Shown here piece by piece: positions 18,756-28,630 of a stretch of DNA of 35,924 nucleotides. A program made the position numbers and the translations under genes. The notes beneath the pieces are model-generated. The model was given only the letters and a program-made list of their open reading frames with translations, had not been told where the DNA came from and searched no databases. Within the stretch, counting starts at the first letter, position 1; each line of letters opens with the position of its first letter. Location of the stretch: contig JAEOTO010000038.1 in the NCBI GenBank assembly GCA_016839805.1, positions 1-35,924 on the forward strand, read 5' to 3'. The DNA is from Candidatus Hermodarchaeota archaeon (lineage in GTDB: Archaea; Asgardarchaeota; Hermodarchaeia; Hermodarchaeales; Hermodarchaeaceae).

Positions 18756-19513
18756 TGCTTCGTACACGGGTCATTCCAGTGTTATTACTTCGTGGCCAAG
18801 GATTAGTGAAAACTATCAAGTTTCAGGATCCCACATATGTGGGTGATCCAATCAATGCCGTCCGGATTTTTAACGACAAAGAAGTAGATGAATTAGTTTT
18901 TTTAGATATCACTGCCACGATCGAAAAACACCCACCACAATTTGAATTGATTCAAGACATCGCCACCGAATGTTTTATGCCATTTGGCTATGGCGGGGGT
19001 ATTCATGACATTGAAACTGCAAGCAAGATCCTAAAAATGGGATCAGAAAAGGTTGTGTTCAATTCTGCCGCCGTTAACCTCGATTTAATTAAACAGGCAG
19101 CAGAAACCTTTGGAAACCAAAGTGTCGTTGTGTCTATTGATGCAAAACATGTGGGACGTGACAAATATGAAGTCTTCACGCATTCGGGGACGCTGAATAT
19201 CAAGAAAGATCCTGTTCAGTTTGCTCAGGATGTCGAAGCCGCAGGTGCAGGCGAGATTCTACTCAATTCAATTGATCGCGATGGAACAATGAAAGGATAC
19301 GATCTCATACTTTTAACGAATATCACATCAGTGGTGAATATTCCTGTTGTAGCTGTGGGGGGTGCTGGAATGTTGCAGCACTTCAAAGACGCGGTAAAGG
19401 ATGGAGGTGCTTCCGCTGTGGCCGCGGGGAGCATGTTTGTCTTTCATGGACCCCATCGGGCTGTGTTAATTAATTATCCAACTCAAGAAGACTTAAAGGA
19501 ATATTTAGTGTGA
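18755..19513 (+). CDS. hisF: HisF-like cyclase (AglZ/HisF2 type)
   Basis: RVIPVLL lacks the catalytic Asp of true HisF; GDPINAV.IFN.KEVDE, SIDRDGT, AAGSMFVF; TAATG coupling to the upstream gene. Confidence 0.92.
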   Translation: MLRTRVIPVLLLRGQGLVKTIKFQDPTYVGDPINAVRIFNDKEVDELVFLDITATIEKHPPQFELIQDIATECFMPFGYGGGIHDIETASKILKMGSEKVVFNSAAVNLDLIKQAAETFGNQSVVVSIDAKHVGRDKYEVFTHSGTLNIKKDPVQFAQDVEAAGAGEILLNSIDRDGTMKGYDLILLTNITSVVNIPVVAVGGAGMLQHFKDAVKDGGASAVAAGSMFVFHGPHRAVLINYPTQEDLKEYLV

Positions 19514-19526
19514 ATGGGGGCGGGAA

Positions 19527-20630
19527 GTGACCTTGACCCGCGAATATCAAATATGCACCCGCTGTGTGATGGATACGACTGATTCATTAATCTCCTTCGA
19601 TGAAGCGGGTATCTGTAATCATTGTACCAACTATCTTGAGCTATTAAATCGGTACATCTTACCAGAACCAGAACGAACGACGGAATTGAAACGCATTATT
19701 ACAGAAATTCAACGGAAGGGTAAAGGCAAAGAGTATGATTCGATTCTTGGCGTTTCGGGGGGCGTGGATAGTACCTTCATGGCATACAAAGCCAAGGAGT
19801 TGGGGTTACGACCACTGGCCGTTCATTTAGATAATGGCTGGGACTCGAAACTAGCCGTAACGAATATCGAGCGGGTCTTGAAACGCCTTGACATCTCCCT
19901 TAATACCTACGTCATTGATTGGGAAGAATTCAAGGACTTACAGCACGCGTATTTCAAAGCCTCTGTCGTTGATATTGAAGCAATTACCGATCACGCCATT
20001 TATGCAACAATCTATGATGTAGCAGTAAAACACAAAGTGAAGTACATCATCGATGGATTTAATCTGATTACTGAAGGCATTTTGCCACGAAGTTGGATTT
20101 GGAACAAGAATGATCTAGTAAACCTCAAAGACATTCATCGCCAGTTTGGGACGAAACCGCTCAAGACCTTCCCGATGATGGGATTTCCCCGGTATGCATA
20201 TCTGAGAAAGATACGAGGGTACAGAAGTTTTGCACTACTCAATTATATCGATTATAATCGGGAAAAAGCAAAACAATTTCTCATGAAAAAGTTAGGATGG
20301 GAAGATTACGGTGGGAAACACCTCGAATCACTTTTTACGAAATTTTATCAATCGTACATTCTTCCCAGGAAGTTCAATATTGACAAACGAAAAGCACACC
20401 TCTCCGCTTTGATTTTGTCTGGTCAAACTACGCGTGAATCAGCCTTGAAAGAACTGGAAAAACCACCCTATGAAGAGCAAGAGCTTAAGCGGGACAAGGA
20501 ATACGTGCTAAAAAAGCTTGGTTTCTCTGAGGATGAATTCGAGAGGCTGATGGCACAACCGATAAAGCGTCATGATGAATACAAAACTGATCGCCGACTG
20601 AGAAACTTTCTACTTAAATTCAGATCATAA
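19527..20630 (+). CDS. N-acetyl sugar amidotransferase (WbuX/AglX/PseA-like)
   Basis: C.RCVMDT, CNHC, GVSGGVDS PP-loop, DNGW.S, KH.ES.FT.FYQ, DKRKAHLS. Confidence 0.93.
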   Translation: MTLTREYQICTRCVMDTTDSLISFDEAGICNHCTNYLELLNRYILPEPERTTELKRIITEIQRKGKGKEYDSILGVSGGVDSTFMAYKAKELGLRPLAVHLDNGWDSKLAVTNIERVLKRLDISLNTYVIDWEEFKDLQHAYFKASVVDIEAITDHAIYATIYDVAVKHKVKYIIDGFNLITEGILPRSWIWNKNDLVNLKDIHRQFGTKPLKTFPMMGFPRYAYLRKIRGYRSFALLNYIDYNREKAKQFLMKKLGWEDYGGKHLESLFTKFYQSYILPRKFNIDKRKAHLSALILSGQTTRESALKELEKPPYEEQELKRDKEYVLKKLGFSEDEFERLMAQPIKRHDEYKTDRRLRNFLLKFRS

Positions 20631-20666
20631 TTCGTGAAGTTAGTATACCTAATTAGGATGATTACA

Positions 20667-22289
20667 ATGGGATTGGACATTCTTATCAAAAATGGGCGAA
20701 TAATGGATGGTACTGGTAGCCCGTGGCTTCCTGGCGAACTTGGCATCAAGGATGGAAAAATTACAAAGATTAGGGCAAAATTGGGTGATTCCGCTGAACA
20801 GGTCATTGATGCAGCGGGAGATATTGTCTGTCCAGGATTTATCGATATGCATTCGCATTCTGACACATATTTGCCGCTTTCAGGTGAAATGGAATCCTAT
20901 ATTCGGCAAGGAATAACCACCTGTGTAACGGGAATGTGTGGGTCCAGTCTTGCACCGATTCCTCCAGGTCGCGAGAAAGAAGCGAAACAACACTTCACCG
21001 AGACGTTCCCATTATTTGACCAGGTAACTATCATTTGGAACACATATGCTGAATATCTGCAGGAAATGGCTAAGATTCCCTGTTTTCTTAACACCCTCTA
21101 CTTCGTTGGACTGGATATGCTCTTATTTGCTGGGCAACCAGGATCCGAAAATCGACCGCCGACAACTGAAGAACTCAGTAAAATGAAGGCTTTTCTTGAA
21201 GAAGCCATGAAAGCGGGAACCTTCGGTCTTAGTACTGGTCTTCTTTATCCTCCACAGGCGTATGTGAAAATTGAAGATATCATTGAACTGGCAAGAGTAG
21301 TTGCTGATTACAATGGACTCTATTTTAGTCATATCCGTGATGAAGGGGCACATCTCATCGATGCTGTAAAAGAATGCATCGAAATCGTTGAGAAGTCAGG
21401 GTGCATAGGCGGTCAGATTGCCCATCATAAGGTCGATGGAAAAGCCTACTGGGGGGCCAGTAAGACCACGCTCCAATTGATCGAGGAGGCCAATGATCGG
21501 GGTGTTAGTGTTACCTGTGATCAGTATCCCTATAATCGCAGTATGACAACCTTGAGCACGTTATTACCACCCTGGGCCCATGAAGGTGGCCATGAACAGT
21601 TACTTGAACGCCTACAAGATGCCAAAGTGCTCAATCAAATCCAAAAGGAAATCACGACAAGTCAAGGAAAATGGGAGAATATTATCCAGTTGAATGGATA
21701 TGACCGAATTTATCTTGCTCAAACCTTCACTGGGAAGTGGAAGCCCTATGAAGCAAAAAGTCTAGCTGAGATTACTCGAATCAGGAAAGGTAAGGATGCA
21801 TTTGATACGCTCATTGAGATTCTAGTTGATGAGCAAGCTGCGTGTTGGATGACGGTGGAAGGCATTGGTGATGAAGATATTTGCCGAATTATGACCAGCC
21901 GCTATCAGATGTTTGGTACAGATGGTGCTGGAATTCGCCGTGACCCGAATCACGGGACCGTGCATCCCCGCTTTTATGGGACGTTTCCCCGGGTATTGAG
22001 AAGATATGTACGGGAAGAAAAAATCCTCACCCTTGAAGCTGCAATTCGGAAAATGACTGCATTTCCTGCACAACGTCTTGGGCTCCAAAATCGAGGGCTA
22101 CTCCGGGAGGGAATGTGGGCAGATATCGTCATTTTTGATCCGAACACTGTAGCAGATAAGGCGACTTTTGAGCATTCACACGAGTTTCCAGATGGTATAC
22201 CCTATGTGATTGTGAATGGAAAACTGGTTGTCGAAAATGATACTATCCATAAGGTCTTTCCTGGAAAAGTGATTAGACGGCAAAACTAA
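20667..22289 (+). CDS. N-acyl-D-amino-acid deacylase (D-aminoacylase)
   Basis: PGFIDMHSHSD, GLSTGL.Y.P, SHIRDE, DQYPY, HPR.YGTFPR. Confidence 0.93.
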   Translation: MGLDILIKNGRIMDGTGSPWLPGELGIKDGKITKIRAKLGDSAEQVIDAAGDIVCPGFIDMHSHSDTYLPLSGEMESYIRQGITTCVTGMCGSSLAPIPPGREKEAKQHFTETFPLFDQVTIIWNTYAEYLQEMAKIPCFLNTLYFVGLDMLLFAGQPGSENRPPTTEELSKMKAFLEEAMKAGTFGLSTGLLYPPQAYVKIEDIIELARVVADYNGLYFSHIRDEGAHLIDAVKECIEIVEKSGCIGGQIAHHKVDGKAYWGASKTTLQLIEEANDRGVSVTCDQYPYNRSMTTLSTLLPPWAHEGGHEQLLERLQDAKVLNQIQKEITTSQGKWENIIQLNGYDRIYLAQTFTGKWKPYEAKSLAEITRIRKGKDAFDTLIEILVDEQAACWMTVEGIGDEDICRIMTSRYQMFGTDGAGIRRDPNHGTVHPRFYGTFPRVLRRYVREEKILTLEAAIRKMTAFPAQRLGLQNRGLLREGMWADIVIFDPNTVADKATFEHSHEFPDGIPYVIVNGKLVVENDTIHKVFPGKVIRRQN

Positions 22290-22576
22290 AGCAATTATTG
22301 CGAATCGATACATAGAACCATGTAATTAAAGGCAATGAGTCCAAAATTGACATTCTCAGCTATTAAACCTAGATTCTTAGATATTACATCGGAATATCCA
22401 AAGGGTGTGCCACCACCCTGTTAATGCGCCCTCCGAAGACGACGCTTATATTTACAACGCTTTTTCAACGAGTGTTAAAAACTCAAAAAAATGCTTGATG
22501 AAAATTATCTTATCTGACGTAAGTCGAAAAGATAATAAGCCCGGCTTTGAAGGGTGTCAATGGTAGGTTAACGACT

Positions 22577-23188
22577 ATGTCTGCTATTCGCCGTTTTATG
22601 AATTGGCTGGGCGGCGGTCCCGATTTGAACAAGCTGATCTTCCGTCTGGACGTCTTTTGTCGGAAGCTTGATCTGCAGAGGAAGATGCTAGAAAAAGAGG
22701 CGAGTAAAAGCCGTCAAAGAGCCAAAAAGTACCGTTTGGCAGGGAATATGGATGCCACACGGATGTACCTACAGCACCATTTACGATTCCAAAAATGGGC
22801 TCTAAGTGTTGATGCTTATCGTTTACGAATTGAGGGATTGCAGACCCAATTACGGCAGAGCCAAGCCATGGGCGAAGTCGCAAATATTCTTGGACAGCTT
22901 AATTCTGCTCTGGGTGGTTTGAAGAACCAAGTCAAGGTTCCTGAAGTCGCAAAACTCGTGGACCAAATTGAAGGTAACCTGCGTCACTTCGAGATGACGC
23001 AAGAGGTTGCTGAGGCAGGAATGGAGCGTATGGCGGTCTCCACAGAGGTCACTGATACTGAAGTGAAGGATGCCTTGAAAGAACTGGATTCTGAAATCGA
23101 AGTTGAAACAGGCACATCCCTTCCTGAACCAGAAAAGCGGGTTTCTGAGCTTGAACAAGAAATTCAACGATTGAAGGAGGAGAGCTAG
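22577..23188 (+). CDS. ESCRT-III, Vps2/24/46 (CHMP1-like) class
   Basis: Amphipathic N-helix FMNWL, basic hairpin with GNMD..R, acidic C-half, LP, MIM1-like ELEQEIQRLK. Confidence 0.88.
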   Translation: MSAIRRFMNWLGGGPDLNKLIFRLDVFCRKLDLQRKMLEKEASKSRQRAKKYRLAGNMDATRMYLQHHLRFQKWALSVDAYRLRIEGLQTQLRQSQAMGEVANILGQLNSALGGLKNQVKVPEVAKLVDQIEGNLRHFEMTQEVAEAGMERMAVSTEVTDTEVKDALKELDSEIEVETGTSLPEPEKRVSELEQEIQRLKEES

Positions 23189-23191
23189 TTA

Positions 23192-23824
23192 ATGGTAAAA
23201 TTCTGGGAAAAACTGTTTCCGAAAAAACCTGAACCCAAAGAAGATACCATTGCTCGGATTCATCGAGTGACGGATAAACTCGAAGTTCGTGGTCGCCAGT
23301 ACGAAACGAAAGCAAAAGACTCACGAATTAAAGCCGTTCGGTATGCTCGTCGGGGTGATCGGAAGGCGGCTAAACTCCAATTACGTCGCCGACAGCGGTA
23401 TCTGCGTAAGGCTAGGTTGATTGAGCAAGAAATCGATTTAATGGAACGTGGCGTGGAAGCCATTAATCAAGCTCGTGGCGAAACTGACGTTATCAATGCC
23501 TTGAAAGGTATTGGAAATGAACTGCAGAATCTCCGTGAAACCGCTTCACCCGAAGTGGCCCGTGAAGTCATCCTTGAAACACAAGCGTTAATTGAAGAAG
23601 CCGAAGCCACAGAAGAGATTCTGGGTCTTGGGCTAGACGATGAAGAACTCGATGCGGATGTTGAAGCTGAACTCGAGGATATCGAGACAATGATTGCATT
23701 AGAAGAGGCAGGACAACTGCCCGCGGTACCTGAGGGCGAAGAAGAGCCCTTAGAAACCTCTGAGGAACGCCGCGAACGTACTCGACGAGAATTGGAACGG
23801 CTTAAAAAAGAAGTGAAAGAATAG
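23192..23824 (+). CDS. ESCRT-III, Snf7 (Vps20/32/60) class
   Basis: FWEKLF N-helix, G.RKAA...LRRR, LDDEEL....EAELE, MIM2-like LPAVP, ELERLK. Confidence 0.88.
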   Translation: MVKFWEKLFPKKPEPKEDTIARIHRVTDKLEVRGRQYETKAKDSRIKAVRYARRGDRKAAKLQLRRRQRYLRKARLIEQEIDLMERGVEAINQARGETDVINALKGIGNELQNLRETASPEVAREVILETQALIEEAEATEEILGLGLDDEELDADVEAELEDIETMIALEEAGQLPAVPEGEEEPLETSEERRERTRRELERLKKEVKE

Positions 23825-23845
23825 TTCTTCACGATTCCCAAAACG

Positions 23846-25345
23846 TTACTTTGAATATCGTGGCTCATCGAATCCTCTTCGAGCTCTTAAATCCTGAATC
23901 TGTGCATCGACTAAATAGAGTTCCTGAGTCAATGCGCGATACTGTTTGAAGAATTTCTCATCAGACAGTTTTCCGTCTTCGAACTGACGCTTTAAGACTT
24001 CCATAGTAGATTCGATGCTAAATCGTTGTTGTTCAAGCTGAAACAGTGGATCTCGCTCTAATGTCTCTGTTCGGCGATCTACTAACGAAGATCGGTGAGG
24101 ATAGTATCCCTCATACGGATAAGGACGGGGGATATCCGCAGGACTGGGTTCATCTATCTCTTCAGGCGACACAGCGTAATTGATTAGGATATCCAGTTCA
24201 TTGCGTAGAGAGGACACATCGACTTTCAGGTTTAACACTCGCAGTGAACCTGACGTCGTTACAAGGCTGTGTTCAGAGAAGCTCGTTGCTAAGGTGATTG
24301 CATCCGGGACTTCTTCTAACACCTTGGATGGTCCCCCTATTTTTAGCTCTTCATCCTCAGTGAAGATAACAAGACGGCGACGAATACGACCTTGGAGTTG
24401 AACGTTTTTAATTGTGCTTAAAGACGCTTTATGGACGATCCGCGTTTCTTTCGTGAAAAAGCCTTTTCGTCCCAGAAATAGGAGACGTTTCGTTGTGATG
24501 AAGAGGATTCCGTTACCCATACCTTCATTAACATCGGATTTGTGCAAGTTCACTGGTTGAATAGCAGCAACGGGTCTCTCATTTTCTAAGACTGGTAGAA
24601 ACTCAATGTGGTCGTTGAAGAGCTTGTGCCACTCAGCCATTTGCGTCAGGCGTGTATCAATCATGGCTAATTTGACATCTAATCCATTCACCAAGTCTCG
24701 GCAGTACGCTTGGTAATCCGCGACATCCTCTTGAATTGCCTCAATTAAACCCGCGAGGAGGGGAAAATCGGTAATCGTCCAACGTTCTGGCTGCATAAAT
24801 CGGGTTTTACTCGCGCGGTGCCGTTCAACGACATTTCGGGCTCGAAAGAGAATCCGTTCTTGGACGCTTGTTAGCTCAGTTTTCATCAACTCCAGAAGTT
24901 CCTTCTCTACATCTGGGTCGTGAAGAAAACTTGCCATTCGAAGTTCGCGAATCCGCCACCGTAAGATACGTAAACGTGCTGCAAACCCTGCCAGCAACTC
25001 ATGACCAGTTCGTAACCGATAATATGTTGTTCGAAATCGACCCACCAAATCCTGACGCATGTTATGAATGGGCACGATTTCCTCAGATCCACAATTCGGG
25101 CACAAATGAACCCTTCGTGTAGCCTTTTGGGCGGGTTCTTCGCATTCTGTACAGACCCATTCTTCCTCTTGTTCCTCAATATGATCTGGTCCACAGCGCG
25201 GACAAGTGAAAAATTCACTTAGGTCTTGGCGTGCACAAGGCAGACAAAAGACTTGGCCACATTCTTTACAGTAGCGTTCGGCCATGTTAATGTGGCAGGA
25301 GGGACAGAAACCACTATGTTGTGAATCCACCGCTGGCTGGGACAT
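23846..25345 (-). CDS. B-box/Zn-ribbon, coiled-coil, PH/GRAM-like and steadiness-box (Vps23-core-like) protein
   Basis: CPSC..YCKEC..FCLPC plus three more CxxC; GILFITTKRLLF; Pro/Tyr linker; SIESTM.VL...F.DGKLS...FFKQYR.L.QELY. Confidence 0.8.
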   Translation of the reverse strand: MSQPAVDSQHSGFCPSCHINMAERYCKECGQVFCLPCARQDLSEFFTCPRCGPDHIEEQEEEWVCTECEEPAQKATRRVHLCPNCGSEEIVPIHNMRQDLVGRFRTTYYRLRTGHELLAGFAARLRILRWRIRELRMASFLHDPDVEKELLELMKTELTSVQERILFRARNVVERHRASKTRFMQPERWTITDFPLLAGLIEAIQEDVADYQAYCRDLVNGLDVKLAMIDTRLTQMAEWHKLFNDHIEFLPVLENERPVAAIQPVNLHKSDVNEGMGNGILFITTKRLLFLGRKGFFTKETRIVHKASLSTIKNVQLQGRIRRRLVIFTEDEELKIGGPSKVLEEVPDAITLATSFSEHSLVTTSGSLRVLNLKVDVSSLRNELDILINYAVSPEEIDEPSPADIPRPYPYEGYYPHRSSLVDRRTETLERDPLFQLEQQRFSIESTMEVLKRQFEDGKLSDEKFFKQYRALTQELYLVDAQIQDLRARRGFDEPRYSK

Positions 25346-25478
25346 GAACCTTTCGTCCGTTAGACTCCACATATACTTTTCGTGAAATCCGGTAAACAGT
25401 CTAAAATAGCCTTTAAAACAACTTTAAAGCCGACTAAACTCCTTGAGATGGCGCGGAGCAACCTCAGCTGAGAATTGT

Positions 25479-26171
25479 TTAAGGCTGAAATTTGAATTGC
25501 ACAATTCGACGGTTTAAGGGGAGGGCAACATTATAGATCTGTGTACTAGCAACTTTGGTTTTGCGGACCCCGCGATGTGCGTGACCATGAATTGCCAAAG
25601 GAAGCGAATGTTTGACCAGTAACTCTTCAACGCGTTTACTACCCATCTGGGCAAAGGCTCGTTGGGTCTCACCTCTCAGTGTTGAAAAAGTCGGAGAATA
25701 ATGTGTAAGAAGAATTGTGTAAGGAGTTTTCGTTTTAGCCTTGACCATGAGTGAATCTAAAGTAACGATTCGTTCGGAGTAATGTTCTCGGATTCCCTGG
25801 ATATTCCGTGTTTGCCAAAAGGTGGGCTGATCTAGCACTCCACGGGTGCCAATTAGTGCAACTTCTTTGCCTCGGATAGTGAGATAAACGAGTTCATCAT
25901 CAAGAAAAATAATAGAATCACCAGCGGTAGTCCGTATCGTGTCTTTTATTGAATCGTAGTCGTCGTTTCCAAAACATGAAACAACAGGGCATTCTAATTT
26001 TGCTTCAGTCAGTTTTTTGACTAAGGGACCGATTCCACGAGCATTTCCGCGATTAACTAAATCACCTGCAACCAGAAAGAGATCTGGTTTTTTGCGTAAC
26101 TGACGAAGAGATTGAATAAAGAGTCCCTGGTACTGGGGCCAGTGAATATCGCTGGTGGCAGCTATTCGCAG
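25479..26171 (-). CDS. Calcineurin-like metallophosphoesterase (probable CTG start)
   Basis: The frame is open 111 codons upstream of the ORF-track start: (L)RIAATSDIH, AGDL, FGNDD, THY.P, HGHAH. Confidence 0.88.
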   Translation of the reverse strand: MRIAATSDIHWPQYQGLFIQSLRQLRKKPDLFLVAGDLVNRGNARGIGPLVKKLTEAKLECPVVSCFGNDDYDSIKDTIRTTAGDSIIFLDDELVYLTIRGKEVALIGTRGVLDQPTFWQTRNIQGIREHYSERIVTLDSLMVKAKTKTPYTILLTHYSPTFSTLRGETQRAFAQMGSKRVEELLVKHSLPLAIHGHAHRGVRKTKVASTQIYNVALPLNRRIVQFKFQP

Positions 26172-26185
26172 CCTGACTTCCTCTC

Positions 26186-27103
26186 CTATATTACGATAAA
26201 GATGGTTCCAAGTAGAAAGTTTACCAACCCTTGGTAGGCACCGAGCTTATCCAAAAAACTTGCCCGTGTAGCGTATTTTACGGGATTACGAAGGATTAGA
26301 ACAGCTGACGATGCAACGCAAAGTGAGGCGGGAATCAATAGAACAACATACAGGGGTCCTGTCCAGTTCCATCCTAACCAGTTAGCGATCCATGGTACCC
26401 AGAAACTAATAACGCCGATGATGTTACAGATGGCCGCGAAAATGGCTGCGGCTCGAATTCCGTATTTACGGGCAATGGTCTGAACATTCCGAAGTGCATC
26501 ACCTTCAATATCTTCAATACCTTTGATCGCTTCCCGTCCTTGTAGAACGCTTGCAGCTGTAATAAAGTAGACAAATACAACTAGGGGAATGATGGGAAAA
26601 ACGATCAGTGCACCATAGAATAGGCCTATGGCAAAACTGATCGAAACCGTGAAATTCCCCCAAATTCCCATCACTTTCCCCTTTGCGGCATACGCAAGGC
26701 CCACGAAGGCAAAAAACCCGGCAATAGCTATGGTCCAAATCCCGATGGCTGAATAGCGAATCGTGACTGCTGACAATACCAACCCAATAGTGATCAAAAT
26801 CACGGTCCATGCCCGAGCCTGATTAATTGTAATTTGTCCGCTAGGTAGTGGTCGGTCTGGGCGATTTATTCTATCAACTTCTAAGTCATAGATGTCGTTA
26901 ATTACGTTGCCTGCAGCGGCGATGCACATGTATGTAATGGCTGTAAGGACCAGGACAATTACCAGCTCTAGTAGTGTCCAGCGGACTAGCAATAGGTTAG
27001 ATAGAATAAACCAGTTGGTGGTCAGAACGCCTATAATTGCGGTTAGGCTCCCGAAGAACAGGTTCGTGGGACGAGTGATAGTAATGAAGGCTTTTAGATT
27101 CAT
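26186..27103 (-). CDS. Digeranylgeranylglyceryl phosphate synthase (UbiA family)
   Basis: RP.N, GNVINDIYDLEVDRINRP.RPLPSG, RE.IKGIEDIEGD. Confidence 0.92.
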   Translation of the reverse strand: MNLKAFITITRPTNLFFGSLTAIIGVLTTNWFILSNLLLVRWTLLELVIVLVLTAITYMCIAAAGNVINDIYDLEVDRINRPDRPLPSGQITINQARAWTVILITIGLVLSAVTIRYSAIGIWTIAIAGFFAFVGLAYAAKGKVMGIWGNFTVSISFAIGLFYGALIVFPIIPLVVFVYFITAASVLQGREAIKGIEDIEGDALRNVQTIARKYGIRAAAIFAAICNIIGVISFWVPWIANWLGWNWTGPLYVVLLIPASLCVASSAVLILRNPVKYATRASFLDKLGAYQGLVNFLLGTIFIVI

Positions 27104-27280
27104 TAATAGTTGCCTCGTAAGGGGTGCATTGGAGACTTCTGGTTTAAATAAGAAACGGCAGGCCGATTAACCTAATATATTACTTTCAGTGACCTCCCTA
27201 TTCTATGTCTGTCTATTCAAACAGATAATCACGAATACCTAAAAAAGGGACAGTCACGGCATGAAAGCTGGGGAAACGGC

Positions 27281-28270
27281 TTGTCGGACGAAAGCTCACA
27301 TCCAAATTTTGAGTTCACAAGAAGCGGCAACTTAATCCAACTAGGGTACCTCGTCCAAAACCACTACACTCATCCCTTCTCTCTAACATTTCAAGATCTC
27401 ACGAATCTCTTCGTTCTTGGCACCCGGGCTGAAGATATCTATTACAATCTTCTCATCCAATTATGTGATGATCATCGAAAGTCTGTCATTGTATTCACAG
27501 GAAGCAATTCAAGTAGTTATGAAGAACAGGTTTGTGAAAGTCCATTCTGGTATCTTGATTTGACGACTGATGAAATTACCTTTAACGCCCTGTCCCTTGG
27601 AGACGGGCTGCACCCCTCCCGACAAATTACCATTCTAATTAGTCTGTTTGAAGAGTTTGTTCCTCTCTCCGCTACCGCACGAAACTTACTTCATGTAATA
27701 ATCTGGAAAACCCTATTTACCACTTCCAAACCCTCATTCCAGCATCTTCAAAATATACTCCCCTTTTACAAACACCATGACACTGCTTATCATGAAATTC
27801 AGCGATTGCTTGAAGCACTTCCACATGAATTATTAGAGACAAATTACGACAATCTCCAGCTTTCTCGTATTCAACATCTATCCACTATAATCTCCGGGGA
27901 TAACTTGCCGGTGAATCAGTTTGCATTGAATATGCTTCTACTAAAATTAGTGGCTGAAGAAAATGAGAACCTACCTCCACTCTTTTTAGTTAATCTCCCT
28001 TCACTAAATACCCAGCTCTTTCAATGGCTTTGTGCACGATATGCAGTGGCTAAGTGTCCATTAGTCATCTTTGATGCTCAAAATAATATTTCGACGCCTT
28101 CTGATCAACTGACGTACAACTTCATCTTTACGGATTCTCCGTATTCGGATGGATCTCTTCCTGGTAATCAGCTTACAGAATCCGAACGTTCCGTTATGGA
28201 CAAAAATAATGATTTTGTTGCAGTAAGACTCCGCAGCGAACCCGCAACCCGGATTATCACGATTTTCTAA
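27281..28270 (+). CDS. Hypothetical protein, possibly an inactivated HerA/VirB4-like ATPase
   Basis: I.LG.......F.L...DL.NLFVLG, then V.VF and FNAL; no Walker A GKT. Confidence 0.5.
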   Translation: MSDESSHPNFEFTRSGNLIQLGYLVQNHYTHPFSLTFQDLTNLFVLGTRAEDIYYNLLIQLCDDHRKSVIVFTGSNSSSYEEQVCESPFWYLDLTTDEITFNALSLGDGLHPSRQITILISLFEEFVPLSATARNLLHVIIWKTLFTTSKPSFQHLQNILPFYKHHDTAYHEIQRLLEALPHELLETNYDNLQLSRIQHLSTIISGDNLPVNQFALNMLLLKLVAEENENLPPLFLVNLPSLNTQLFQWLCARYAVAKCPLVIFDAQNNISTPSDQLTYNFIFTDSPYSDGSLPGNQLTESERSVMDKNNDFVAVRLRSEPATRIITIF

Positions 28271-28310
28271 AATATCAAGATGAAACCAACTGGACTAAGC
28301 CTAAGAGGAT

Positions 28311-28511
28311 TTATTTGAGTTTCTTCAATTTTTCGTCAATTCTAGTAATCAAGTCTTGGTTACCAAGTCGTTCAAACATGGCTCGTGCCTGAGTATAGAG
28401 TTCCTTTGCTTCAGAAATTTCACCAATGGAAGCATGGTGATCAGCAAGTTCTTCGAGGTTCTCGCCCTTCCGTTGCACATAGGCGGTCAGTTGATCACTC
28501 GGTTTCGCCAT
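28311..28511 (-). CDS. Small helical TPR-like protein
   Basis: A......G...EA..LY.QA..MF..LG pattern; GGTG RBS. Confidence 0.7.
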   Translation of the reverse strand: MAKPSDQLTAYVQRKGENLEELADHHASIGEISEAKELYTQARAMFERLGNQDLITRIDEKLKKLK

Positions 28512-28595
28512 ATAAACACCATCCTATCCTTGCGTAATTGACTTATTTAATATACCTCGAGAGGACCTTATCCTTCAGGATGAGACTAATTCAAG

Positions 28596-28608
28596 GGGAC
28601 TTTAAATA
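28596..28608 (+). promoter_or_regulatory. Putative TATA box
   Basis: GGGAC-TTTAAATA just upstream of the structured RNA. Confidence 0.45.
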
Positions 28609-28630
28609 ATTCAGCGAGGAGTCAACTAGC

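Noticed and set aside
25411-25429. CTTTAAA-N5-TTTAAAG inverted repeat upstream of the SB gene
   Set aside because: Short and AT-rich; indistinguishable from TATA-like boxes.
28311-28511. MIT domain or MIM1 motif in the 66-aa protein
   Set aside because: A single TPR-like hairpin explains the pattern equally well; no link to ESCRT is shown.
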